Assembly: GCA_949372875.1 (NCBI GenBank)
Contig: CASIAW010000006.1
Location: forward strand, 4,966 to 68,965
Reading direction: 5' to 3'
Origin: Candidatus Poseidoniaceae archaeon
GTDB taxonomy: Archaea; Thermoplasmatota; Poseidoniia; Poseidoniales; Poseidoniaceae
DNA length: 64,000 bases
Below are positions 10,801-19,981 of this stretch, in pieces (position 1 is the first letter of the stretch; the number at the start of each line of letters is the position of its first letter). The position numbers and the translations under genes are program-made. The notes beneath the pieces were generated by a model. It was not told the DNA's origin, did not search any database, and saw nothing but the letters and a program-made list of their open reading frames with translations.

Positions 10801-11358
10801 AGCGCCTTCCAGCCTGATGCATGCCGCAAAGAATACGGAGAATCAACACTCGAAGAATTTGGCTGTCCAGACAGCGATTCTGATGGCCGTGCCGATTTAT
10901 ATGACCCATGCCCATGGGATCCAGCAGTAACCAACGGTGTTCTCACCGGCCCGAATGCAGTCGTATGCACAATCACCTCGGACCCGAACCTCAACTCTGG
11001 TGGAGATGAAAGCGGTTTAGGCTTTGGCTCCACTTCGAAAACGACACTCATCATGGGTGGATCAATTGTTTTCCTCCTAGCACTGATTTTCGTTGCGCAA
11101 CTTGCTAAGGCATCCTCCAAGCGTAAGAGTTCCACTGAACGGGATCAAGACCGCCAAATCGACCTTGCATCTTCTGAAGAAGAAGAACGACGCCTTGCCT
11201 GGATTAACCATTATGTGGCAGCAGGCCAATTCGATGAGGCGCGAGCACTTGGATGGACTGAAGAGCAGGCTACGCCGCAATGGAAGCAGTATGAGATGCA
11301 GCAGCAAGTTGCTGAAGAAGCATCGGTTCCGACGATGTTTGACCTCAATCAGCTTTGA
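7873..11358 (+). CDS. Secreted, membrane-anchored WD40 beta-propeller protein with thrombospondin type 3-like Ca-binding repeats
   Basis: Signal peptide; repeated FSPDG/WSPD WD40 blades; many DxDGDGxGDN...DAFPxDxxQW repeats; C-terminal TM helix and cytoplasmic tail. Confidence 0.85.
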   Translation: MNGPLIMDSARRGLLLVSLMLIMALSPLVTAADSDGDGVDDSVDDCRWAAGTSTIDKNGCPDRDGDGYSDLSDSWSITNPNFQNEYTTTSNNDYHDVDFSPDGQFIVTGSEDTFVRLWNATTHINLKSVVTSGEVTSVSYSPDGMYIAAGIDDDTMHIYYSSNLTSVYGAISVDVGSGDYVNDVEFSPDSGLVAVSIGRSGNSGTNGQVFIIDVSNGQKVGNGMNPNSEGRFYDAAFSPTGELIALASNDDFYIVNVSSRATVYSISDPPAAVNAIAWSPDGNYIAMCGGWEGNGASFDMFEFTGSSWSRIWQKSTSTSCASTDFSYDGSQVVVGMYWYGTDGNTARVFASDTGVQIDSFAGPRPGSCSSGNNNNCGQMEGITWSPDSTKIVSAHGRGDEGVYYWFADIDEDNDGYNTTDQGDGLVDAFPSEGSQWNDTDNDGFGDNPAPAFQPDACITVAGTSTQDRFGCPDADGDGWSDDGDLYPANPLQWADSDGDGYGDNYYFDLNGAQLHMNQTGDAFPDDATQWNDTDGDERGDNYQNASWDNFRAPEWPGQLLSVATNVDVFPLDRTQWSDADGDWVGDEQMSDRADGCPTIWGNSQFDRLGCLDTDGDGWSDPDAGWPATADCYGADAFPNDPTQWCDEDNDGYGSNQTGNNADECPNQAGTSFEDRIGCADRDGDGYSNAGDPFPDDSTQWADRDGDNRGDNPNGSNADIFPDDASQWKDTDGDGYGDNQGGFNGDAFPYDASQWDDTDGDGYGDNFVDEDGDGVSEGSSDVCPLVSGNSNDPETRGCTDSDSDGYVDPVDVFPTDPFQWADADGDGFGDNTAVPSGDDCVDVYGKSFENNRHGCPDADFDGWADVDDVFPNDTLQWKDTDGDGWGDNYAWFNDTIQDLDNPGESFIIRNQSGDAFPTIVDQWSDMDGDGWGDNQTSFYQPDAFPFEPSQWNDFDGDGYGDNSVYDPDGEEGPFGPESAFQPDACRKEYGESTLEEFGCPDSDSDGRADLYDPCPWDPAVTNGVLTGPNAVVCTITSDPNLNSGGDESGLGFGSTSKTTLIMGGSIVFLLALIFVAQLAKASSKRKSSTERDQDRQIDLASSEEEERRLAWINHYVAAGQFDEARALGWTEEQATPQWKQYEMQQQVAEEASVPTMFDLNQL

Positions 11359-11423
11359 TCGGCTTGGTTGTTACACATCAAATGCACCGCTTACCTTTCA
11401 AGTAATGAGTGGAATTGATAATC

Positions 11424-14036
11424 ATGGCCGGCGATACGCGTAGCAGCGTTGTTCTTTTCGTATCGCTCTTGCTGTTATCTTCACTACCACTGTTATCTGG
11501 TGCTGAAACCGGAGATGTTCTCTTTGAAGTTCAAGACAATACCTCCTCAAAACAGTGGTATGCGGCTGGAGATGTTTTTGAACTTACAACAATGTTCTCG
11601 AACGATGGTCCTCAAACCTCGATTGAGAATGACCCCTCGTGCGGCGTTGTTCTCCAAGTCTTTGATGACCTTGGCGCCCTGCTCCTTGATGAATCGTCTT
11701 CCTGCCGTGGTCAATCTCAAAGTATCGATCTAGCCGAAGGCGAAACATACATCTTCGATGCATTATCATGGAATCTACAACTTGCAGATGGAGCGTATGT
11801 GGAACCCGGAATTTACACTGTTTCCGCTTACCACTCTGCGACACAATCCATTGCATCTTCAGCAATTCAAGTTCAAACGCCAGTCAATGTTTCATCGGAC
11901 TTAGCCTTGATTCTCGAACTTAACACGAGACTCAATCAGGTTCAACAGAATGAAGAAATTATTCTTGGTGTTTCGCTTCACAACCCTACGAATCAAGTGA
12001 TTACGCTCCCCTCAAACGAAGGCTGCTTTGTCCATCTGAATGTAAACGGTGATACCACTCTCCAAATGCCTTGTTTCGCAGGATTTGAATCACTTCAGTC
12101 ATATGAGCAAACATGGCTTGGACATATTTTGTTTGAAGATGCCGCTCTCTTTGAAGGCGATAATACCATTGAAGCAAGCTTACCTTCAGGACTGTTGCTC
12201 AGTTCAATGACGTTCACTCTCGACAATTCGGAATCAATCGATACGACATTGCAAAGGGTGATATCCACTGAAATTATTGGTCAAGAAACGGAGAAGTTAA
12301 TCTATGCAGAGGACGATATTTACTCATCCTCTCTCTTGATAACAAATTCTGGAAGCGATACAATTTCTTTGAAATTCACAGATTCTTGCCGGTCAGAGAT
12401 GTGGGTCTTAGATGAAATGGGAGATGTTGTTTTTGACAGCCGGATGTTCAAAAACTGTAATGCTCTTGAACTGGATTACATTCTCGACCAAAACGAACAA
12501 CTTCAATTCACTTTACCTGACTGGACTTTCACAGACCTCGAAGGATGTGAAGTCAATACCGGTGCTTATACAATAGTCGCTGAAATCCCTGAATTCCACT
12601 TATCGACGACTCAAATTATTTCTTATGAGAAAACAGGTAATTCCTTGTGTAATGCCCCACTTGGAATTGAAATGATGCCTCATATCTCTCCTCTTGAAGG
12701 TGGATTTGAAGTCATGCTTGAGGTTCAATCGAACTCCGGTGAGATTGACTTGGCGTGGACGGGCCGTTGCGGCGTCATAGTTTCAATAATCGACCTCTCG
12801 ACCATAGAAACAGTTCTTTCCCAACCAACGATGTGTGATAACTATGATGGACGGCATTTTGTTCTTCCATCAGAGCAAACAGCGCCTCCTCTTCAACTTC
12901 AAATTGGTTCAATCAACATGACTAATAATGAATCTCAACCATTTTTAGAGGGGCAATATCAATTGGTTTTGAGTCTCGAAGTCAATCCAAAGACACGGGC
13001 AGGGTTTGTCTTTTCATGGCCGTTAACTGAGGAGGAAACATCGATGGAACAATCAGCTGAAGTGGTTGTTGAGCAACAATCCCGCCTCATTAGCGGAACA
13101 TGGTCTGGATTACAAACTGAACGTGGAACCTGTTGGCTTTTCGAATCTTCCGATGAAGGACAACTTCTTCTTTCAAGTGCCATACTCGGGCAATGGGTCC
13201 CTGAACAAGGTTGGAGTGGTATCTATGAAGTCGTTGATGCACCTGCCCATCCAGCATGCGCTAATTTCCAAGCACCTTCATTCCAAATCCATGGTGTTGA
13301 GATCGAAGTTCCGCTCGAGTCAACAGAAACGACGGTCGAGGTTTCTAAGCCATCACTCGAAGTACGTACTCAAGAACAAGTGGCATCATATGTTCCAACG
13401 GCTGTTGTTGTGATTACAACAGGCTCGATTCTTTCTCTCTTGTTCACCGCCGTGTTGAGTAACGAATCCTTCCGTATACCTTCGACAGCAGCAGGGTTGT
13501 GGTTCCTCGGCCTTCTTGGTCGCACGCATGAAACAACGGATGGACGTTACCAACGAGGTCGTCTCATGGGATACCTTACAGCGAATCCAGGTTGCCATTT
13601 CCGAGCACTTATGGCCGCTTTGGATATGAGTAACGGTCAGATCACTCACCATTTACGTATTCTTGAATCCGAAGAAGGCATTTGGAGAAGAAAAGATGGT
13701 CGTTTGGTACGCTATTACCCACTTACCAATTCACTTTATCCAAGTATGGATGAAGACGATTTACCGGTCCCTCCGCTTTCGCCTGATCCAAACAGTCTTC
13801 AAGGCAAAATACTCACTCTACTCGACCGTGAAGGCCCACTTGGGGAATTCCCAACGCAAGCCGAACTTGCAGTACGACTGGAAAAGAGTCAGCAACTGGT
13901 TTCACATCACTTACGAACATTGCAGAAGTTTGGGCTTGTTGAGAAAAGAAAAATGGGTCTGAAGAACCGCTACAAACTCACTCGAGAGGCAATTTTCCTC
14001 TTAGAGACAAACAAAGATTTCACTCATGAAGATTGA
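11424..14036 (+). CDS. Membrane-anchored transcriptional regulator: extracellular Ig-like (BsuPI-like) repeats, TM helix, tandem winged-helix domains
   Basis: Signal peptide; about four Cys-pair beta domains ending GxYT/Q; TM near aa 665-705; wHTH1 RGRLMGYLTANPGCHFRAL...SNGQITHHLRILE; wHTH2 TQAELAVRLEKSQQLVSHHLRTLQKFGLV. Confidence 0.8.
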   Translation: MAGDTRSSVVLFVSLLLLSSLPLLSGAETGDVLFEVQDNTSSKQWYAAGDVFELTTMFSNDGPQTSIENDPSCGVVLQVFDDLGALLLDESSSCRGQSQSIDLAEGETYIFDALSWNLQLADGAYVEPGIYTVSAYHSATQSIASSAIQVQTPVNVSSDLALILELNTRLNQVQQNEEIILGVSLHNPTNQVITLPSNEGCFVHLNVNGDTTLQMPCFAGFESLQSYEQTWLGHILFEDAALFEGDNTIEASLPSGLLLSSMTFTLDNSESIDTTLQRVISTEIIGQETEKLIYAEDDIYSSSLLITNSGSDTISLKFTDSCRSEMWVLDEMGDVVFDSRMFKNCNALELDYILDQNEQLQFTLPDWTFTDLEGCEVNTGAYTIVAEIPEFHLSTTQIISYEKTGNSLCNAPLGIEMMPHISPLEGGFEVMLEVQSNSGEIDLAWTGRCGVIVSIIDLSTIETVLSQPTMCDNYDGRHFVLPSEQTAPPLQLQIGSINMTNNESQPFLEGQYQLVLSLEVNPKTRAGFVFSWPLTEEETSMEQSAEVVVEQQSRLISGTWSGLQTERGTCWLFESSDEGQLLLSSAILGQWVPEQGWSGIYEVVDAPAHPACANFQAPSFQIHGVEIEVPLESTETTVEVSKPSLEVRTQEQVASYVPTAVVVITTGSILSLLFTAVLSNESFRIPSTAAGLWFLGLLGRTHETTDGRYQRGRLMGYLTANPGCHFRALMAALDMSNGQITHHLRILESEEGIWRRKDGRLVRYYPLTNSLYPSMDEDDLPVPPLSPDPNSLQGKILTLLDREGPLGEFPTQAELAVRLEKSQQLVSHHLRTLQKFGLVEKRKMGLKNRYKLTREAIFLLETNKDFTHED

Positions 14037-14907
14037 CTTCACGCTGAATTCCTTGGTGTTCGATAGCCCATTCCAGTTCGCTCCAACCAAGTTTTTCTGC
14101 TATTTCGTCCACTTCTTTCCGGTCATTCTCATGGTTCAAGAGGATTCCAACAACACCACCTCCGCCGGCGCCCATTACTTTCCATGACATAATGGAATAT
14201 CCAAGCTGTAAAGGTTTGAGATACTTTTCAAAGGGGGCATTGAATTCCTTTCCGAGCATATTGACGCTCCAACTTCCGCGATACATACTGAGAGCGAAAT
14301 GGTCCCTTGATTCGTGTTCAATTGCTTCAAGCATCTCTCCCGTAATATGCCGAATTCGATGTAAACCATCCTCCACCGTTCCATCCCCGTCGTTGAATTT
14401 ACTCCAAACACCCTCGTGTAAATCCCCAGAGACATGGGTAATCCCGCTGTCAAAAAGCACGAGGTTACTTTCAATCCAAGAAAGAAATTCTGGTGACGGA
14501 TTCAGAGGAGTAGAGGTAACAGAATCACCTTCGAAAACGAGATGCTGCATGCCACCAAGAGCACTGGCCCATTGGTCTTGGCGTCCGCCCGTATTGCCGA
14601 GTAAAGCCTCGAATTGGAAAGCGAGTTCTGCAATTTCTTCGGGAGTTCTATCATCACCAGAAATAGCCGATAACAGGGCGACATTCATCGCAGCAGAGGT
14701 TCCAAGGCCGGAACCTATTGGCATATCTGAACTGTATTTGACCGATATTTTACGCTCATCATCGATGTGCATTTCTGCAGTAATGTAACGGTTGATGGCG
14801 AGATTGATGACCTCACCTGTCGCTGTTGAACAATAGGCAGGTACATCGGTCCATCCTCCTGCTAGGTCGATTCGAACAGGAACACGAACGGTAACAGTCT
14901 TGGCCAT
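14020..14907 (-). CDS. GHMP-family sugar kinase (HddA/fucokinase-like)
   Basis: PVRIDLAGGWTD, PIGSGLGTSAA, GGRQDQW, KVMGAGGGG; start placed at ATG 14907. Confidence 0.85.
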   Translation of the reverse strand: MAKTVTVRVPVRIDLAGGWTDVPAYCSTATGEVINLAINRYITAEMHIDDERKISVKYSSDMPIGSGLGTSAAMNVALLSAISGDDRTPEEIAELAFQFEALLGNTGGRQDQWASALGGMQHLVFEGDSVTSTPLNPSPEFLSWIESNLVLFDSGITHVSGDLHEGVWSKFNDGDGTVEDGLHRIRHITGEMLEAIEHESRDHFALSMYRGSWSVNMLGKEFNAPFEKYLKPLQLGYSIMSWKVMGAGGGGVVGILLNHENDRKEVDEIAEKLGWSELEWAIEHQGIQREVNLHE

Positions 14908-14998
14908 GAATACCCGATAATTTCCACCCTCATGAAGAGTGGCATTCAAGTCAAATGGTTGATTCGGATGTTTATCTCGCAAGAGACTGGGTGTCATT

Positions 14999-17821
14999 AT
15001 GGCTAAGGAATATACCCCCGTCAACGAAGTTGCCTGGCAACAAAAGTGGGATGATGCCAAAATATTCCACTCACAAATTCGGTCAGATCGCCCGAAGTTT
15101 TACTGCCTCGAGATGTATCCTTATCCTTCTGGAAAAATGCATATGGGCCACGTAAGAAATTATTCTATTGGAGATGCTGTTGCCCGTTACAAGCGAATGA
15201 TGGGCTTCGATGTTTTGTATCCGATTGGGTTTGACTCCTTTGGAATGCCCGCTGAAAACGCGGCAATGGACGAAGGTGGTCATCCATACGAGATTACTGA
15301 ACGAAACATGGCTTCAATTACCAAACAAATCAAGAGGATGGGGTTTTCATACGATTGGAATCGCCAAGTAAAGAGCCATGATCCCAAATACTACAAATGG
15401 AATCAATACTTTTTCACGAAATTTTATGAAAAAGGGCTTGCTTATCGAGAACATGCCCCGGTGAATTGGTGTACGCAATGTGAAACAGTTCTGGCCAATG
15501 AACAGGTCAAAGCGGGCCGATGCTGGCGTTGCAATGGTCCAGTGAATCAAAAAGAGATGAATCAATGGTTCCTCGACATTAACAAATACGCACAAGAACT
15601 TGTTGATGGGCTTGACACCATCGCCTTCCCTGAAAATGTCAAGTCCTTGCAACGGGACTGGTTGGGACGTTCAGAAGGTGCTCAAATCAGTTTCAAAGTT
15701 GCTGACTCGGATACCGTTATTGAAGTCTTTACGACCCGCCCTGATACATTGTTTGGCTCGACCTTCGTCACCCTTGCTCCCGAGCATCCTATATCGGAAG
15801 AACTTGTCAAAGGTACCGACTTTGAACCTGCATGGCAAGAACTCTATGACGAGGTTTCAGTTATGGCTGAATTCGATAGGATTCGTAACATGAAGAAGAA
15901 GAAAGGAGTTCCTTCAGGTCGATTTGCAATCCACCCATTAACCGGTGAAGAGATTCCAATTTGGATTGGTAATTTTGTTATTGCATCCTATGGTACCGGT
16001 GCAGTAATGGCAGTCCCAGGTCACGATGAGCGAGATTTTGACTTCGCGCAAAAATTCGACATACCCATCAAACGGGTATTGGTCATGAAAGAAGATGGAG
16101 ATGCATCAGCACCACTTGAATCGGCCGAAACTGATTATGGTTGGATGGTTAACTCCCCAATAGAAGGGTTTGATGGTTTGTATGGTGAAGCGGCCAAACA
16201 TGCAGTTACAATCGCACTCGATTCCGAAGGTCTAGGAAACCAAACCATTAATTGGAAAATTCGTCCTTGGCTTGTCTCAAGACAACGTTACTGGGGAACT
16301 CCAATTCCAATGATTCATTGCGATGAATGCGGTGTTGTTCCAGTTCCTGAACAAGATTTGCCAGTTGTGTTGCCAACAGATGTTAAATTCGGCCAAGGTA
16401 ATCCTCTGGAATCTTCAGAATCTTTCCTCAATGTTGACTGTCCAACGTGCGGAAAACCTGCTCGGCGAGAAACAGATACTATGGACACCTTTGTTGACTC
16501 ATCATGGTATTACATGCGCTACACTGACCCATTGAACGATGAAATGTGTTTTGATCCAGACCTCGTCAACCATTTCATGAACGTTGACTTTTATTGTGGA
16601 GGGATTGAACATGCCCAAATGCATCTTATTTATGCTCGCTTCTACACAAAAGCTCTCCGCGACCTAGGCCTGCATTCAATTGATGAACCGTTCAATGAAT
16701 TACTTTGCCAGGGAATGGTAAATGCTCCTGCACCATGGTGTGAATCGTGTCAACTGACCTTCTCAGTATCTCATGCAGGCTCCCCTTGTCCGCATTGTCA
16801 ATCTCAACTAACTGTACGCTCTGCCAAGATGAGTAAATCCCTCGGAAACACAGTATCTCCAGAAAATATGGTTGAGAAATATGGAGCAGACACCGTTCGC
16901 TTGTTCATTCTCTTTTCAGCCAATCCGACCGCTGGAATGGACTGGTCAGATTCAGCAATTGCTTCGAACCATCGCGTTATGCTGCAGATGGCAACCATGC
17001 CTGACCGATTACTGGAATGGAACGGAGGTAGTTCATCAATGGATACTTGGATGCTCGGGCGACTCAAGCAACGTTGCGAAGAGTTCCAACGCGCAATGGA
17101 CCAATTTGATTTGCGACGGGCAGTTGAAATTTCGCACTATGACTTCATTAAAGACATCAATTGGTATGTTCGCCGAGGTGGAGAAAACCCACAGATTGGA
17201 CTAGAAGTTCTCAACTCCTGGACCCATCTTGTATCGGTTTCAACTCCTCATTTGGCTGAAGAATGGTGGCTCACACTCGGAATGGAGGGTCTTGTATGTG
17301 GAACTGAAATGAAGGCACTTTCTTCGATTACGGCTGAGGAACAGTCTGCTCTTGACAGTGAGACTCTGCTTCGAAGCGTTCTTGATTCCGCTCGTCGAAT
17401 CAAGGATGTTGCAGAACGCCATTTGGATGGCCCTGCTCAATCCGCCATCATCGTTGTATCCCCAACATGGAAGCGAACAATGGCAGTGGAGGCACTCAAC
17501 TTCTTAGAACAAGGCGGTAGTCCGAAGAAATTCGTCTCACACCTTTCTCAAATGGATATCGCTCAAGGTGAACGTAAAGGGGAAATCATTGGATATTGGG
17601 GTAAGAAGATGTTGCCTCAAGTGTTCAAGTGGGACGACGCTTCACGTGTCCTTTTACGAAGTTCTCTTGATGAGGTAGAGGCTTTGACCCATCGCGTCTC
17701 TTTCATTGCTCAAGAACTCGGCCTTCAATCAGTTGAAGTTGTTCTTGGCGAGTCATCCGAAGATGAAACAGGTCGTGCGGGTGGTTCTCTCCCACTTGCC
17801 CCAGCAATTGTTTACGCTTAA
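14999..17821 (+). CDS. leuS: Leucine--tRNA ligase (bacterial-type core, archaeal-type C-terminal domain)
   Basis: KFYCLEMYPYPSG, HMGH, editing motifs TTRPDTLFG and GTGAVMAVPGHDERD, SRQRYWG, KMSKS. Confidence 0.97.
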   Translation: MAKEYTPVNEVAWQQKWDDAKIFHSQIRSDRPKFYCLEMYPYPSGKMHMGHVRNYSIGDAVARYKRMMGFDVLYPIGFDSFGMPAENAAMDEGGHPYEITERNMASITKQIKRMGFSYDWNRQVKSHDPKYYKWNQYFFTKFYEKGLAYREHAPVNWCTQCETVLANEQVKAGRCWRCNGPVNQKEMNQWFLDINKYAQELVDGLDTIAFPENVKSLQRDWLGRSEGAQISFKVADSDTVIEVFTTRPDTLFGSTFVTLAPEHPISEELVKGTDFEPAWQELYDEVSVMAEFDRIRNMKKKKGVPSGRFAIHPLTGEEIPIWIGNFVIASYGTGAVMAVPGHDERDFDFAQKFDIPIKRVLVMKEDGDASAPLESAETDYGWMVNSPIEGFDGLYGEAAKHAVTIALDSEGLGNQTINWKIRPWLVSRQRYWGTPIPMIHCDECGVVPVPEQDLPVVLPTDVKFGQGNPLESSESFLNVDCPTCGKPARRETDTMDTFVDSSWYYMRYTDPLNDEMCFDPDLVNHFMNVDFYCGGIEHAQMHLIYARFYTKALRDLGLHSIDEPFNELLCQGMVNAPAPWCESCQLTFSVSHAGSPCPHCQSQLTVRSAKMSKSLGNTVSPENMVEKYGADTVRLFILFSANPTAGMDWSDSAIASNHRVMLQMATMPDRLLEWNGGSSSMDTWMLGRLKQRCEEFQRAMDQFDLRRAVEISHYDFIKDINWYVRRGGENPQIGLEVLNSWTHLVSVSTPHLAEEWWLTLGMEGLVCGTEMKALSSITAEEQSALDSETLLRSVLDSARRIKDVAERHLDGPAQSAIIVVSPTWKRTMAVEALNFLEQGGSPKKFVSHLSQMDIAQGERKGEIIGYWGKKMLPQVFKWDDASRVLLRSSLDEVEALTHRVSFIAQELGLQSVEVVLGESSEDETGRAGGSLPLAPAIVYA

Positions 17822-19930
17822 TCAGCGCTTTTGCCACTCGGTTCCAGTCCACCAATAGTTTGAACCATCATCCATGGCTCTCCACGTATATCCAGATTCA
17901 TCAGTCCATTGTCGGAGGACAGTTGGTTCTGCTCCAACTGCGGGTTGCTGGATGACGGGCTGTTGAACGGTAGGCTGTTGATACGTTTGCTGAACTGGTT
18001 GAACTTGAGTTTCCATTCCAAGTTGTGAGAAGTCCTTGGAAATGCCCTCCTCCTCCTTTCCACCTTTGCGCATGAACAGAACTGCTCCTGCAGCTCCACC
18101 AAGAAGTAATACAACAACGGCAATAATGGTCATCATTTGCTTCTGAGCCGCCTCTTCCTCTGCGGCTTTCTCTGCCGCAAGTGTTTCAGCAATCAATTGA
18201 GCATTGTCTCCAACGCCATCACCATCAGTATCCAGCGTTTCCGCTGCGTCTTCTGGGAAAGCATCGGCGTTGTTTCCTATTCCGTCACCATCAGAGTCAA
18301 CCGACTCCGACATGTCGAGTGGGAAAACGTCAGTATTGTCACCAACACCATCACCGTCAGTATCCAATGTTTCCGTCGCATCTTGTGGGAAAACGTCTGC
18401 GTTGTCTCCAACACCATCACCATCGAAATCAGCAGTTTCTGTAGCATCTTGTGGGAATACATCTGCATTGTCGCCAACACCATCTCCATCAGTGTCCACA
18501 GTTTCCGTTGCATCTTGAGGGAATACATCTGCATTATCACCAACGGTGTCTCCATCTGAATCAAGTGTTTCAGCAGGGTCATTCGGGAATGCATCGCCAT
18601 TATCTCCGACTTCATCTCCATCACTGTCGATAGTTTCGGCAGGGTCATTCGGGAATGCATCAGCGTTATCTCCAACTGAATCTTCATCTGAATCAAGTGT
18701 TTCAGTTGGGTCATTCGGGAATACATCAGCGTTATCTCCAACGCCGTCCATGTCAGTGTCAGTTGTTTCAGTGAAGTCGAACGGGAATGCATCAGCATTA
18801 TTTCCTACACCATCGTTATCTGAATCGAGTGTTTCTGTCGCATCGTTTGGGAATGCGTCACCGTTATCGCCTACTCCATCACTATCGGAGTCGGAAGTTT
18901 CAGTAGGATTGTTGGGGAATACATCCGTATTGTCACCAACTCCATCGTTGTCTGAATCAAGTGTTTCAGTTGCATCATTCGGGAATGCATCAGCATTGTC
19001 ACCTACGCCATCATTGTCTGAATCGAGTGTTTCCGTCGCATCATTCGGGAATGCATCAGCATTATTGCCCACGCCATCACCGTCACTGTCAGTGGTTTCA
19101 GAAGAATCATTCGGGAATGCATCATTACCGTCGAGAGTTCCATCACCATCAGAATCAATATCAGTAATCACTGCACTATCTGGGCACGATTCTGTGTTGC
19201 CGAAGTCCGTTCCATCACTTGGTGTGACCGTCACTGTCCACGTATCTCCAACGGAGGTCGCCGAGGCTGGTAAAGTCATAAAATCGTTGTAAGCGGTTAC
19301 AATTACTCCATCCTTCGACCATCGAATCTGAGAATTAGCCTCTGTATCGCCATCTCCATCATCATAGGTATAAGAAAGCATGAGAGATTGATCAACAGGA
19401 ACATTGCCTTCGGGCATGAGTCTCAAATCGAGAACAGTTGGTGGTTGATTTTGAGGGACAATTTCAGTGACGGTTGTGGATACAGTATCCCATGAATCGC
19501 CGCTGTTTTGACCATTACCGTTTGCTTGTAAAACAGCTAATCCAATGTTGACGGTACCACTGCCTGAGGTTGGAGCGGTCCAATCCATAGTCCAACTCAA
19601 AGAACCTGAACCAGAGTGAGTAGCACTCGTACCCGAGAATTTGACCAATGAACCGGCATTTGAAAAAGTACCTTGACTCACTTTAAGGGAAAAACCGCCA
19701 ACAAATGCTTGACTGCCACCTGTAGAATCAATGGTAATGCTATATGTTGAGCCTGGGGTGTATGATGAAGGGAAATTGTGATTGGCAGTGATTCCATTTC
19801 CGCCATTTGAGTGGCACGAGCATCCAGACGATTGGTTATGCTTTCCACTGCTTGAACCTTCAATGGCAGGGGCTGCGGCGAGCAAAAGAAGTAATGCTGC
19901 GCTCAAGAAAATACGGAAAAAGGGTGACAC
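17822..19930 (-). CDS. Secreted, membrane-anchored protein with Reeler-like N-domain, TSP3-like repeats and Trp-rich cytoplasmic tail
   Basis: Signal peptide, GCSCH, YTPGSTYSITI...WTAP..GSG.V Reeler-like pattern, about 14 DSDxDGVGDNxDxFPxDxxE repeats, TM helix, tail WTDESGYTWR...WWTGTEW; GTG start. Confidence 0.8.
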   Translation of the reverse strand: MSPFFRIFLSAALLLLLAAAPAIEGSSSGKHNQSSGCSCHSNGGNGITANHNFPSSYTPGSTYSITIDSTGGSQAFVGGFSLKVSQGTFSNAGSLVKFSGTSATHSGSGSLSWTMDWTAPTSGSGTVNIGLAVLQANGNGQNSGDSWDTVSTTVTEIVPQNQPPTVLDLRLMPEGNVPVDQSLMLSYTYDDGDGDTEANSQIRWSKDGVIVTAYNDFMTLPASATSVGDTWTVTVTPSDGTDFGNTESCPDSAVITDIDSDGDGTLDGNDAFPNDSSETTDSDGDGVGNNADAFPNDATETLDSDNDGVGDNADAFPNDATETLDSDNDGVGDNTDVFPNNPTETSDSDSDGVGDNGDAFPNDATETLDSDNDGVGNNADAFPFDFTETTDTDMDGVGDNADVFPNDPTETLDSDEDSVGDNADAFPNDPAETIDSDGDEVGDNGDAFPNDPAETLDSDGDTVGDNADVFPQDATETVDTDGDGVGDNADVFPQDATETADFDGDGVGDNADVFPQDATETLDTDGDGVGDNTDVFPLDMSESVDSDGDGIGNNADAFPEDAAETLDTDGDGVGDNAQLIAETLAAEKAAEEEAAQKQMMTIIAVVVLLLGGAAGAVLFMRKGGKEEEGISKDFSQLGMETQVQPVQQTYQQPTVQQPVIQQPAVGAEPTVLRQWTDESGYTWRAMDDGSNYWWTGTEWQKR
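18190..19160 (-). repeat. Intragenic tandem 69-bp (23-aa) TSP3-like repeats
   Basis: Unit DSDNDGVGDNADAFPNDATETL-like repeated about 14 times; recurring ttcgggaatgcatc on the + strand. Confidence 0.85.
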
Positions 19931-19981
19931 ATTTGATTGGCTGTTGCGCTTACACTTCTATCTTATGCTTACAACCGTCAA

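Noticed and set aside
8609-11135. Many long alternative-frame and antisense ORFs inside TSP3-repeat genes (also 18137-19292, 20322-21261, 59566-60096, 62740-63646)
   Set aside because: By-products of GAT/GAC/GGN-rich repetitive codons that lack stops in other frames; low-complexity products with no independent signals
14908-15060. N-terminal extension of the GHMP kinase overlapping leuS (similar extensions on eno, the PKD lipoprotein and ORF 58682)
   Set aside because: Family-like sequence begins at downstream ATGs; extensions overlap neighbours and are longest-ORF artefacts
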